IMG/VR virus record: IMGVR_UViG_3300031088_000734
Reading direction: 5' to 3' (one strand)
DNA from: a virus
Length of the DNA: 64,000 bases
Part shown: piece after piece, positions 19,790 through 29,562 of the stretch
Layout: each line of letters begins with the position of its first letter
Numbering within the stretch: position 1 is the first letter of the stretch
Translations under genes and position numbers: made by a program
The notes under the pieces: model-generated
Database searches by the model: none
What the model was told of the DNA's origin: nothing
The model's input: only the letters and a program-made list of their open reading frames with translations

Positions 19790-20203
19790 CTATAATTTCG
19801 TTTTACAGAACGTGACATACACATACCTAACATCATCTTTCTCTTCTACCAGTAAAGCGTCTCCTACTAATATATAACGATACCCATTGATATCCATGTA
19901 ATCATCGTAGGTTTGATCATGAAACCTTCTGGTATGGTCTATTTTGGCACCGTTCTCAAATAATGTGTAATCTATGTATTCATCAGTGTAGATGTAGACA
20001 ACATAATTTTTGCCTAGCTCGCCATAACAGCCTTCTTCTAATGGTGGTTGAGCGGAACCACCTTGACCATTCCTAAATCTAATAGAGTCATTTGATAACG
20101 ATCCACCTCTTGCAGCTTCTAAACCTATTTCCATTTTAAAACTTGCGTATGTTACAGAAGAACCCATCATTATTATTAACATTAACAATATCATTTTTAT
20201 CAT
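19790..20203 (-). CDS. putative secreted protein
   Basis: Signal-peptide-like MIKMILLMLIIMMGSSVTYA|SF. Confidence 0.7.
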   Translation of the reverse strand: MIKMILLMLIIMMGSSVTYASFKMEIGLEAARGGSLSNDSIRFRNGQGGSAQPPLEEGCYGELGKNYVVYIYTDEYIDYTLFENGAKIDHTRRFHDQTYDDYMDINGYRYILVGDALLVEEKDDVRYVYVTFCKTKL

Positions 20204-20320
20204 AAAAAACTCGCACTGTTGTTTATCACGTTATCACAAAAATACTATAATACTAGATTGACTTTGGTTATTTTTTTTGTTATCTTACCGACAAACAATG
20301 GACATCAATGGAGATTGGAT

Positions 20321-20641
20321 ATGTCTAAGACACTCAGTAATCAACGTAATTGGAAATACCAACACCTTTTTAAACAGGCGGTAGCGAATTTTAAACTTTA
20401 CAAAGCTGATCCAGCTTTTGCAAAAGATGCTATCCGGTTGTATCAAGAAGATTTTAACAAATTGTTAGATGACGCTCATTTTACAAAAGAAGAATCCATC
20501 AAAATTGCGTTCAGAGAAGGCTTTCGCCGTGATTCTAAAGCTAAATTGAAAGTGCGTAATCGTCGTATTGAAAAGCGTTCAAGTCGTCAAAAAGCCATGC
20601 TGGAAGTGCGTCATGTTATATCAAAACCGATTGATGAATAA
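20321..20641 (+). CDS. basic hypothetical protein
   Basis: GGAG SD before ATG 20321; Arg/Lys-rich C-terminus. Confidence 0.75.
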   Translation: MSKTLSNQRNWKYQHLFKQAVANFKLYKADPAFAKDAIRLYQEDFNKLLDDAHFTKEESIKIAFREGFRRDSKAKLKVRNRRIEKRSSRQKAMLEVRHVISKPIDE

Positions 20642-20750
20642 TATCTTTTGGTTTGGTTATTCTATTTTATTATAACAAAAAAAATATTGCCATATAGCCA
20701 CCACTTTGCTATACTAAATCCACATTAAACAGAAATAGAGGGATAATACC

Positions 20751-21272
20751 ATGAGCAATCAAACTAAGAAAACTCAGCAACAGCAACTTGCAAAAGCTAT
20801 TCAAATTGCAGCAACTGCTCATGTGAATCATTTTGACAAAGGCGACAATGCCTATATCCTTCACCCACTTAGTGTTATGGATGGTCTTGAAAGCAAAGAT
20901 CCAGAAGTGATGCAAATTGCTATCTTGCATGACGTGATTGAAGACTGTCCAGAGTGGACTATTGAGCGTCTTCGTAGTGAAGGCTTCTCTGAGCGTGTGT
21001 TGCTTGGTTTGTCTTACATGAGCAAGACTGAAGAAGATTTGGCGGCTGGTGATGAAGGTTACTACAATTATATTCGCCGTATGTTTGAAAATATTGACGC
21101 ACTCTTGGTTAAAATGTCAGACATCCGTGATAACAGTCAGGTAACTCGTTTGAAAGGGCTTCGTGAAAAAGACCAGAAGCGTATGGTGAAATATGCTCGT
21201 GCTTATAGCATGTTGGCTGAACGTCTTGAAGAAATTCGAGCGGCTTGCTACACAGGTGTTTCGAAAGTCTAA
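20751..21272 (+). CDS. HD-domain protein, RelA/SpoT hydrolase-like (small alarmone hydrolase-like)
   Basis: AH...KGDNAYILHP, ILHDVIED, LVKMSDIRDN; no synthetase domain. Confidence 0.75.
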   Translation: MSNQTKKTQQQQLAKAIQIAATAHVNHFDKGDNAYILHPLSVMDGLESKDPEVMQIAILHDVIEDCPEWTIERLRSEGFSERVLLGLSYMSKTEEDLAAGDEGYYNYIRRMFENIDALLVKMSDIRDNSQVTRLKGLREKDQKRMVKYARAYSMLAERLEEIRAACYTGVSKV

Positions 21273-21289
21273 TATTGATTAAGTTTGAC

Positions 21290-21343
21290 AAAGCAACCTT
21301 CGGGTTGCTTTTTTGTTGACTTTAATAAAGTGATTGATATGAT
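21290..21343 (+). promoter_or_regulatory. UUCG terminator followed by a sigma70 promoter
   Basis: AAAGCAACC-ttcg-GGTTGCTTT, then TTGACT-16 nt-TATGAT. Confidence 0.8.
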
Positions 21344-21365
21344 AGTTATCTAAAAAGGACATATC

Positions 21366-22160
21366 ATGAGCTTAATAAGCATTATTAACAGATATCGTAG
21401 TAAGCATTATTGTTATTTAGAAAACGATCCTAATGCCACAGATCCTCCTGAATATTTTATACCGGGAGCAACTTCTGTCCCTGTCATTAGAAATAAACAC
21501 ATCCCATTTAGAGTTATTCAACCTATTGATGAGCGAAGAGAACCTATAACACATATTAAAATTAAACAAAACCCGGATAATTTTTTATCACTTTTATTTT
21601 CAAATAAAATTTTTTCAATAGATAATTATGATTATGATTATATTATGTCTTTGATAGATGTAGGTGTTGAAAAATTTAATTACATCGGTTTGTTAGTTCA
21701 TTTAACTTTTCGTTTAGAAGAAAATGGAATGTATTTATTGACAACAAAAAGTTTTTTAAATAATGATTTTAATCCATATATGTTTGAAAATGATATAGCA
21801 GCTTATCTTTCCATTCATTATAAGAATAAAAGCACTCTTTCAAATTATTTTCAAAATTTTTTTGATGGATTTGCTGTTGAAGATTACACGATTAAAGATA
21901 CCTATAAAAATACTATTTACCTTTTTGAAGAGCGTATTTATCTTGATGTTATTGTTAACTCAGATTTAAAGGATGTTCTGACACCTTTGGTTGTTGCTTA
22001 TGATGAATTTGGTATTCTATATACTGACTACTATTATAATTTGAAACTTATTTCTACTGCTATATTGAATTCAATTGATCCATTTTTTAATGACAAAATT
22101 ATTGATTTCTACTATCTTACACCGGAAGAAGTGGCTGCACTTGATATGTTATTGGTTTAA
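21366..22160 (+). CDS. hypothetical protein, C-terminal M-x-x-V family
   Basis: AAGGA SD; ends DMLLV. Confidence 0.85.
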   Translation: MSLISIINRYRSKHYCYLENDPNATDPPEYFIPGATSVPVIRNKHIPFRVIQPIDERREPITHIKIKQNPDNFLSLLFSNKIFSIDNYDYDYIMSLIDVGVEKFNYIGLLVHLTFRLEENGMYLLTTKSFLNNDFNPYMFENDIAAYLSIHYKNKSTLSNYFQNFFDGFAVEDYTIKDTYKNTIYLFEERIYLDVIVNSDLKDVLTPLVVAYDEFGILYTDYYYNLKLISTAILNSIDPFFNDKIIDFYYLTPEEVAALDMLLV

Positions 22161-22300
22161 AAGTAACCTTCACAGGTTACTTTTTGAAATGTAACCTAAT
22201 TAGGCTACTTTTACAAAAGTAGCTTGTATACGCTAATTAAAAAAAGACATTTCTTTTCTTTTGTGTTATAATGCTCCTACTAAAAAATGGGAGATCGACA

Positions 22301-22876
22301 ATGGAACTTGCCTACATTAAAGCGTCTATTTTTTTTGCTCTTATTATTGTCCTACCAGTCTTGTATATCATGAGACATGAAGGCGTGTTTGGGTCGAAGA
22401 AAGAACCTGTCAAAAAAATCAGCAAAGACGGTGAGTGCATTGACTTCTTTGATGAACTACTTGCTCACATGTCAAATGTGGTGGGTTCCAAACTGGATTA
22501 TGCCTCGGGTTCAGTTATGCGTGGTCTTGTCATCAAAAATTTCTCTCATAAGAAACCTTTCAATGGCAAACAACTGGCATGCTCTAGTGTCCAGATTCGA
22601 TTTATGTTGAAAATTTATCCAAAAGGTATTCGTAAAATTGTAGCCTATGTTGAAAGCAGCTACGGTGAACCCCGTTGGGATGGCAAGGAAATGCATTACA
22701 ACTATCCGATCACTACGGATGAGTTTGAAACTGATGTTAATGATTTTGCTGCCATGTGGGCCGCTATTGTCGCTAAGTGTTATGTAATTGACGTAGAAGT
22801 GGATGAAACAACAGAACGTGTTCGCAATGGCACTATGTCTTACTGGACTGAAAAGAGATATGGTCACCTACTTTGA
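22301..22876 (+). CDS. single-TM hypothetical protein
   Basis: GGGAG SD; N-terminal TM. Confidence 0.75.
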   Translation: MELAYIKASIFFALIIVLPVLYIMRHEGVFGSKKEPVKKISKDGECIDFFDELLAHMSNVVGSKLDYASGSVMRGLVIKNFSHKKPFNGKQLACSSVQIRFMLKIYPKGIRKIVAYVESSYGEPRWDGKEMHYNYPITTDEFETDVNDFAAMWAAIVAKCYVIDVEVDETTERVRNGTMSYWTEKRYGHLL

Positions 22877-22931
22877 ACAGAGAGTGAACAAGAAAAAAGT
22901 GGCTTAGGCCACTTTTTTTATTTCTTTATTA

Positions 22932-23144
22932 TTATGAAAATTTTTCTGCCATTCTATTCGGCATAACATACACACAAAAGAGATATTGTAAACTTAATGC
23001 AATCCAATGTATCAAATCCATTTTACCAGCGTCCATGTCTATCATAATGGCTTTAACAAAAATAGGAGTTGCCATTGCAAAGCACAAGAAGAAAGTGATT
23101 GTGAATGCTTTATTTTTGAATGCTTGTTTAATTGATTCGAACAT
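22932..23144 (-). CDS. small 2-TM membrane protein, paralog of 23158
   Basis: MFESIKQAFKNKAF...; AGGAG SD. Confidence 0.75.
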   Translation of the reverse strand: MFESIKQAFKNKAFTITFFLCFAMATPIFVKAIMIDMDAGKMDLIHWIALSLQYLFCVYVMPNRMAEKFS

Positions 23145-23157
23145 ATCCTAACTCCTA

Positions 23158-23364
23158 TTATCGTTGTTTACTGAAAAAGCTGGGTAACGATGAGATACAA
23201 AAAAGATATTGCAATACCATCACTGTACCATGCATAACAGTCATTTTGCCCGCTTCGATGTCTTCAAGCCCTATTTTAATGAATATGGGTGTTGAAAGCG
23301 AAAAACAAATGGCGAAATATATTCGAAATGTTCTGTTTTTGAATGCATTTTTTATAGATTCCAT
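23158..23364 (-). CDS. small 2-TM membrane protein, paralog of 22932
   Basis: MESIKNAFKNRTF...; GAGG SD. Confidence 0.7.
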   Translation of the reverse strand: MESIKNAFKNRTFRIYFAICFSLSTPIFIKIGLEDIEAGKMTVMHGTVMVLQYLFCISSLPSFFSKQR

Positions 23365-23481
23365 CAAACCCCCTCTTCGTAATCTCTTTATTTTACGCAC
23401 TTAAATAGATTTTGTCAATTTGATTTAATCTTTAATATACTGTATAATGCATACATTACCTACCTATCTAGGAGACAGCAT

Positions 23482-23811
23482 ATGAGTGTTCTACAAGCCT
23501 TCGTTATTTGCTTTATTGCTTATTTGATTTATAAGCTTTTATCATCTAGTGGTGGTGTTCCAAAATCAGTGATTGACAAAATGACTGTTACATTGGCAAA
23601 CGGTTTCAAGAAAACAGCTCAAGATCATAAGGATAATTTGGCAGCATACTATGATGATTTACATTCAGGTGATACGGCTCGTATTGACGCTGCTATTAAA
23701 AAGCTTGATGATAAATTTAATGAAGAAATTGCTGAGGCTGATGAGATAATTGCTAAACATACTGTAAAACCAACTACTTCCACATCTGACACCACCACTC
23801 AAAAGCCATAA
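23482..23811 (+). CDS. N-terminally anchored helical protein
   Basis: AGGAG SD; hydrophobic N-terminus. Confidence 0.75.
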   Translation: MSVLQAFVICFIAYLIYKLLSSSGGVPKSVIDKMTVTLANGFKKTAQDHKDNLAAYYDDLHSGDTARIDAAIKKLDDKFNEEIAEADEIIAKHTVKPTTSTSDTTTQKP

Positions 23812-23819
23812 GGATAATT

Positions 23820-24581
23820 ATGATTAGTAAAGGTTTCAAAGATAAAGTTAAAGAACTTTTATATCTTTATTACAAAATTCAATGTGATAAAATTGTCTCA
23901 TCGACAGATATGATGTACGGCATCAACGCTAAAAATCAATCAGGCCAAACCCTTTATTTAACACTTGATATTTATGACAATGAATTTGGTTCGTCAGCAT
24001 CCACCTATTTTAAAGTGTATATTGATGGAGATGATGTTATTAATAAAAAATTATTTATGGTTGATAAAATCCAAAATGCTATGAATAAATCTTTGGAAAC
24101 TTTAAAAGCTGTTAAAGCCTGCAGTATTAATTCTTTGAAATTGGACAGCCGTAATGACAATTATGTACTTCTGTCTGGTGGTTGTTCTATGGGCCGAAGC
24201 TATATGAATATCACATATACTATTCCATACTCAGAAGACAATGGGTTTACTTTGTTTGGTAATAAGTCTCTTTACAAAATAGCTGACATTAGCATGAAAA
24301 TCTTTGATTGCAATTTTAAAGTATTAGATGAAGCAAAATCTTTTGTATCCAGTAATTACCTGACCGATTTTGATTTCAATTTAAAAGATGGTTCCCAACC
24401 TGACTTAGATGATTATATTTTAAAAATAATTGTCTCTTATGACTTAGCACTTTATAGCTACAATTTTAGGGATGTAGAAACATTAAACTTTTTCAAAAGT
24501 TTGAAATATGATTTAATTTCTTATAAAAATATTGAATATGTAAAAGACTTTTACACTGTTATCAAGATGATCGAAGTTTAA
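23820..24581 (+). CDS. hypothetical protein, C-terminal M-x-x-V family
   Basis: AAGGA SD; ends KMIEV. Confidence 0.85.
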   Translation: MISKGFKDKVKELLYLYYKIQCDKIVSSTDMMYGINAKNQSGQTLYLTLDIYDNEFGSSASTYFKVYIDGDDVINKKLFMVDKIQNAMNKSLETLKAVKACSINSLKLDSRNDNYVLLSGGCSMGRSYMNITYTIPYSEDNGFTLFGNKSLYKIADISMKIFDCNFKVLDEAKSFVSSNYLTDFDFNLKDGSQPDLDDYILKIIVSYDLALYSYNFRDVETLNFFKSLKYDLISYKNIEYVKDFYTVIKMIEV

Positions 24582-24710
24582 TAGTTAATTGATTATCCAT
24601 TGAATGTTAGATCTAAATTTTAATTGAATTAAAAAAGGTACTTAGGTGCCTTTTTTCTTTTAAAACTATTTAATTATGTTATAATTATATTATTAACAAA
24701 AAAAGTATTC

Positions 24711-26537
24711 ATGGATATATTATTAGCAGAGAGATTGAGATCTTACTCATTAGGCCACAGCATATACAGTTTAGAAGCCTTTCATTCAGAAGTCTTTGCA
24801 TTGGGTGGTTTTGAAGAGTTCTTTGAAAAAAACTATGGCAGTCAAAATCGTTTTCTTGATGATTTAAGTCATGGTATTGTAAGTCATCGTGTCAAAAGAA
24901 TGCAATTGTTTGAAGATTCTGTTAATGATCCAGAAGGCTTCAAAAAGGGTGACGCAGTTCATGATGTTAAAAAATTAAATTTGTTGCAAATTTTCACCCC
25001 CTTTGAAAAAAAGAAATTTAAAACGGGGACGGACATTATTTTTCATCAATGGTTGATGGAAGCTCAGAAACATGGCGTGGATATCAGTGATGAACATAAT
25101 AGATTTATAGCTTTACAACATAAAGCATTTGAATCCATTAAAAAAGTTGAACAACACAAACGAGTTTTTGATACTGCTGTTTTCAAAACGTCTAATATAC
25201 AACAATCTTTTGATTCAAAGGCTAATGACAATGGAAGAGTTACGGATCTTATTAAATATTACTCAGATAACTTAGGCTATTTAACCATAAATTCACTTTG
25301 TAATTTAGCCAGCACTGGTGGTTATGGTTTACTTAATCTTAAAAATGAGTTCAATGACATTACTATGTCTATTGTTCAAAAAATTCGTCAAGAGCAACCT
25401 TATGCTTATGGTTCATTAGCAGAAACTTATTCTCAGTTTCTTAAAAATGGTACTGGCCCCTTAACTTCATTCTTTGCTACTAAACTAGACAGTGCAATGG
25501 ATCACAATTTAGAGTTAAGCAAATCTCAGTCTATTAAAAGAGCATCACTTTTTGTTGATGGTAGTATTTTGTTCATAGATAAAAATGATCAACACATCAT
25601 TCCAGAAAATAGTCATGAATTAAAAAAATATATTACTCAATTCAATTTGGATTTGATTGATTTTAAATTTAGAAAACAACCTACCTTTGGTAAAATATTT
25701 AAAAATAAGTTTCTTGAAGATCAAGATAACATCAATATTACGTTATCCACCGCTAATTCATTCTTGATTAATTATGATATCTTAAAACAAATTAAATTTG
25801 ATAAAAACATTCTGGATAAGGGCTTTGAAGAGATTAATGACTACATTGAAAACTCTGTTAAAACTTACAAAGTGTATAAATATGCGAACAGCATATTAAG
25901 TTCTAAAAATAAACATTTAATGACAGAGAGTGCTTATCCATTTTTTGAAAAATTTTATGATGAAAAACTTAAAGATGATTTTGTTCAAGAATATATTGGT
26001 AAAAAACTCTCTATGTTAACAACACCAGAAGAATTTACTGCATTTGTTAAAAACGTTCATGATAAACTTTATGATTTTGGCAAGCATGCCACTATTGCGT
26101 TACTTGATTCTATTGATAAGAAGGCTCTTGAATTAAATGACAAAGAAGGCATTGTTCATATTGAAACCTTTGCAGAAAGTAGAAAACTGGGTACAAGCAA
26201 CTGGTGTATTTCTCGAAACAGTAGTTATTTTGATGATTATGTCAAAAGCGACAGAAGACAATATTTCTTTTATGATTATACCAAAGAATCCAGTGACACT
26301 ATGTCTATGATTGGTATTACACTAAGAGAAGATGGACTCATTCATGCTGCTCATAAAAAGAATGATGATTCGGTTAAATATCACAGTTCAATGGATGAAT
26401 TAAGATTGAAAATTATTTGTTTGGATTACGATTTCTATAAAGACAACTTAGATGAAACACTCAAAAAAGAAGTAGAAGCTGAGTTACAACAAAGAGAACG
26501 TAAGAAAACAAGAACACTTAAACATAATAGTATCTAA
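24711..26537 (+). CDS. large hypothetical protein with a C-terminal GTSNWCI domain (possibly PcfJ-like)
   Basis: 608-aa ORF; LGTSNWCISRNSSYFDDY. Confidence 0.75.
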   Translation: MDILLAERLRSYSLGHSIYSLEAFHSEVFALGGFEEFFEKNYGSQNRFLDDLSHGIVSHRVKRMQLFEDSVNDPEGFKKGDAVHDVKKLNLLQIFTPFEKKKFKTGTDIIFHQWLMEAQKHGVDISDEHNRFIALQHKAFESIKKVEQHKRVFDTAVFKTSNIQQSFDSKANDNGRVTDLIKYYSDNLGYLTINSLCNLASTGGYGLLNLKNEFNDITMSIVQKIRQEQPYAYGSLAETYSQFLKNGTGPLTSFFATKLDSAMDHNLELSKSQSIKRASLFVDGSILFIDKNDQHIIPENSHELKKYITQFNLDLIDFKFRKQPTFGKIFKNKFLEDQDNINITLSTANSFLINYDILKQIKFDKNILDKGFEEINDYIENSVKTYKVYKYANSILSSKNKHLMTESAYPFFEKFYDEKLKDDFVQEYIGKKLSMLTTPEEFTAFVKNVHDKLYDFGKHATIALLDSIDKKALELNDKEGIVHIETFAESRKLGTSNWCISRNSSYFDDYVKSDRRQYFFYDYTKESSDTMSMIGITLREDGLIHAAHKKNDDSVKYHSSMDELRLKIICLDYDFYKDNLDETLKKEVEAELQQRERKKTRTLKHNSI

Positions 26538-26548
26538 TTGAGGAAGAT

Positions 26549-28267
26549 ATGGAAATTAATGATTATTTAAAAATAGCTAATGAATATGCAATTAAGCATA
26601 ATAAAACTGATGACTTTATTGTCATGGGACTCTATAAACTCATGCAAGAGACTGATTTGAACCGTGTGTATGCTCACACGTTGTTAAGTCAGCATGGTGA
26701 TAATTCATTTGGATTCACAACACCACAAAGCAATCCTGTCGGTAGTGGTGTTCAAACACTGACACGTATTGTGACTGACCCGTCAGGAATGACGGGGACA
26801 ACTGTTTATTCAGTTGACAGAGACAACAATAGTAATGTTAGTGATATTTTCTTTGGTAGTGAACAGGATCATGATTTGGTGAGAAGGTTTAATGATGATT
26901 TACAAAATGTAGACAGTTTATTTGATTTAAAAGAGGTGTATACTTTTGATGAAATCAGTCGTATCAAACATTTAACATCAACTAATCTTTCCACTGGATT
27001 GGCGTTAGAGTTAATTTCTCAAAATAATGAATCCTTTGAAACGGGTAAATATAATACTATTCAACAATCCTATTTTAATCAAATTTCATTGGTTGAAGAG
27101 TTAAATTATGGCAAAAGTCAAAAATTTGATTTTTTCTCAAAAGATCCACTTTATGAATTAATGCACTTAGATATTGACCTACCACTTACACCAGAAGGTT
27201 TTTTTGAGCACTTAAATCCAACTGCACAAGCTAAGATTATTGAGATTTCAGGTTTTGGTCACATTACGTTTATTGAAGAAGTTTTTCAGGATTTGATTGA
27301 CAGCAACTCACCGTTTATTAGCGATTCCTTTGTGGGTTCTTTATTTACGTTGGATTCACTTCGTGATGTTGTTCTTTCTTATTATGATTACAATGAATTA
27401 GACGATTTAAAATTTGAATTTAGTTTAATGGCTGATCAATTCTTATCTAATCCAACCATTGAACAACTGTTGGAAAGTGAAGAAAAATTTGCTAATGTCG
27501 ATGATCTGCTGATGGAAGTCTATGCCAAACACCCAGAATTGAATTATTCTATTCAAGATATTTCTATCATTACGGATAAAGAAATCGAAGAACGTAAGGA
27601 AGTGATAGAACACCAAGTCGATAAATTCCATATGTATGAATCAGCCAGAGAAATCAATGATCTTGGCCCAGATCAAAGTGCTAGAAGAGCATTCTTGTCT
27701 AAATTTAAAATGTATGGTGAAGATATCTTAAAACATGGTGATCACAGAATGCGTTTTATTTCTAGTAATCAATTTGCGGCAGATGCTGTATTATCCGCTA
27801 GCTATTATTTTGATGAATCTGTTCATAATGAAATATTGATTGATGCCGTTGCTATTAACCCTCAATTGTCTAATCAACATATCGCTGAGCTTTTTGAAGC
27901 TGTTGTAGATTATGCACAAAAGAACAAAAGTATTGTGATGTTGACCTATGACAAGAAAACACCTTGGGGTGGCATTGATAAAGATCGTTTAATCAATATT
28001 GTGAATTCAGTGGTGGAACAGTCTGCTGATAAGGTTCCTTTCCTATGTAACTTTGGTGTAGAAAAAAATAGACATCACTATGCTTGCAATTATCTTGTGA
28101 ACACCGATACGATGAAATATGAAGAATTGCCAAAATTGTTTAACCAATTGAAAATATTTATTGATAGTCACCCTGAACTTGATGATTTACAACTGGAATT
28201 AAAAATGGACGAATTCATTGCCAAAGAACGCAATAAATTAAAATCAGATAACAAAGCATCCATTTGA
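26549..28267 (+). CDS. large acidic hypothetical protein
   Basis: 572-aa ORF, GAGG SD, terminator at about 28273-28300. Confidence 0.8.
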   Translation: MEINDYLKIANEYAIKHNKTDDFIVMGLYKLMQETDLNRVYAHTLLSQHGDNSFGFTTPQSNPVGSGVQTLTRIVTDPSGMTGTTVYSVDRDNNSNVSDIFFGSEQDHDLVRRFNDDLQNVDSLFDLKEVYTFDEISRIKHLTSTNLSTGLALELISQNNESFETGKYNTIQQSYFNQISLVEELNYGKSQKFDFFSKDPLYELMHLDIDLPLTPEGFFEHLNPTAQAKIIEISGFGHITFIEEVFQDLIDSNSPFISDSFVGSLFTLDSLRDVVLSYYDYNELDDLKFEFSLMADQFLSNPTIEQLLESEEKFANVDDLLMEVYAKHPELNYSIQDISIITDKEIEERKEVIEHQVDKFHMYESAREINDLGPDQSARRAFLSKFKMYGEDILKHGDHRMRFISSNQFAADAVLSASYYFDESVHNEILIDAVAINPQLSNQHIAELFEAVVDYAQKNKSIVMLTYDKKTPWGGIDKDRLINIVNSVVEQSADKVPFLCNFGVEKNRHHYACNYLVNTDTMKYEELPKLFNQLKIFIDSHPELDDLQLELKMDEFIAKERNKLKSDNKASI

Positions 28268-28452
28268 TGTATAAAAGAAGAGAACATATGTTCTCTTTTT
28301 TATCACCCTAACTGTTCTGTCTATTTAATCTATAAGTCAATGTATTTTTGTCTTTAAACCACTTTTTTATAACAAAAAAACCTATGCTTTTTCTTTTACT
28401 CTCAATATTTTCGTGTTATAATGAATACATCGAAAACAACGAGGGTTTACCA

Positions 28453-28650
28453 ATGACTAACAAAACCATTGATGTCACCAAAATCGCTTGCCAACTTGAA
28501 GAAAAAACACTTGAAATCAACAAGATCGATGAATTGATTTCTCGTGAAAAGAAAGAAAGCTGCATTAGCACTTTCAAAGTTGCTCGTAAAATTGCTTTCA
28601 AAGAGCTTAAAAAACTCGAAAAAATTCTTCAAAAGAACGTGTTCGCTTGA
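28453..28650 (+). CDS. small coiled-coil hypothetical protein
   Basis: GAGG SD before ATG 28453. Confidence 0.7.
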   Translation: MTNKTIDVTKIACQLEEKTLEINKIDELISREKKESCISTFKVARKIAFKELKKLEKILQKNVFA

Positions 28651-29540
28651 ACATGCCGTTATTCGATAACATTAAAACACTCGATAAGCGTCCTCATCTC
28701 ACCGTAGAGCAGCACGCTTATTTTCGATCTATGCTGATTAATTCCTTTGTGGCTATTAATAATAATCCAGCCATGACAGCAGAAATTATTTCACAAAAAC
28801 TTTTGCTTGTTGAAGGTCTTACGGTTGTTAAACGAGAGCTTCGACAAAGAAAGCTATTGATTGAGATTCATTATCTTTTTAACAATATTCCCTTTTTATT
28901 GGAAGTATATGCTTATTTTGACAAAGCTGGAGACTATCTTCATTATCTGGTTTTGGATGGCGAACCTACTGGATTGAGTGTTAACCATATGCTTGATTTG
29001 TTGCCGATTTATCGTGGCGATTTTAGCATTCAATTAGATATCGGCACTAATCCTATATACTCTACCAGTGGTAAAGAAAACCGCTATATCGCTCAATTTG
29101 CTAATGTTTTTAATTTTGAAGAACTGAAAAATATTCCCCGTTTAACCGTGAACTACGAAATGCATGACAAAAGCATTGTTAAGAAATATTTAAAATATCA
29201 AAAAGGATGTTCTTGGACAAGAGTTAGAGATTGTGATTTTAATATCGATCATGAACCTTACTTTATTGATTTCATGAATTTGTTGTTCTCAGGTGAGTCT
29301 GCACTCATCAATCATTATATTCATAGTACATTTTTTAATCATTATGATAGATTGAATGGTTTTATTCCTTCTTCACTGGATAGCGTGTTAATGGATCTAC
29401 ATAATCATCCAGATATTCTTGAATCTACTGTTTCTCTTGCTTTAAAAGGAGCTGGTGACCTTTTCATTGCTATGATGGACAGTCCACTTAAAAACAAGCT
29501 TATTGATGAATTAAAGCTATATGAAATGGTGAGCTATTAA
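28647..29540 (+). CDS. hypothetical protein, C-terminal M-x-x-Y family
   Basis: Ends ELKLYEMVSY. Confidence 0.85.
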   Translation: MNMPLFDNIKTLDKRPHLTVEQHAYFRSMLINSFVAINNNPAMTAEIISQKLLLVEGLTVVKRELRQRKLLIEIHYLFNNIPFLLEVYAYFDKAGDYLHYLVLDGEPTGLSVNHMLDLLPIYRGDFSIQLDIGTNPIYSTSGKENRYIAQFANVFNFEELKNIPRLTVNYEMHDKSIVKKYLKYQKGCSWTRVRDCDFNIDHEPYFIDFMNLLFSGESALINHYIHSTFFNHYDRLNGFIPSSLDSVLMDLHNHPDILESTVSLALKGAGDLFIAMMDSPLKNKLIDELKLYEMVSY

Positions 29541-29562
29541 TCATTGAGTTACCATCAGGTGT

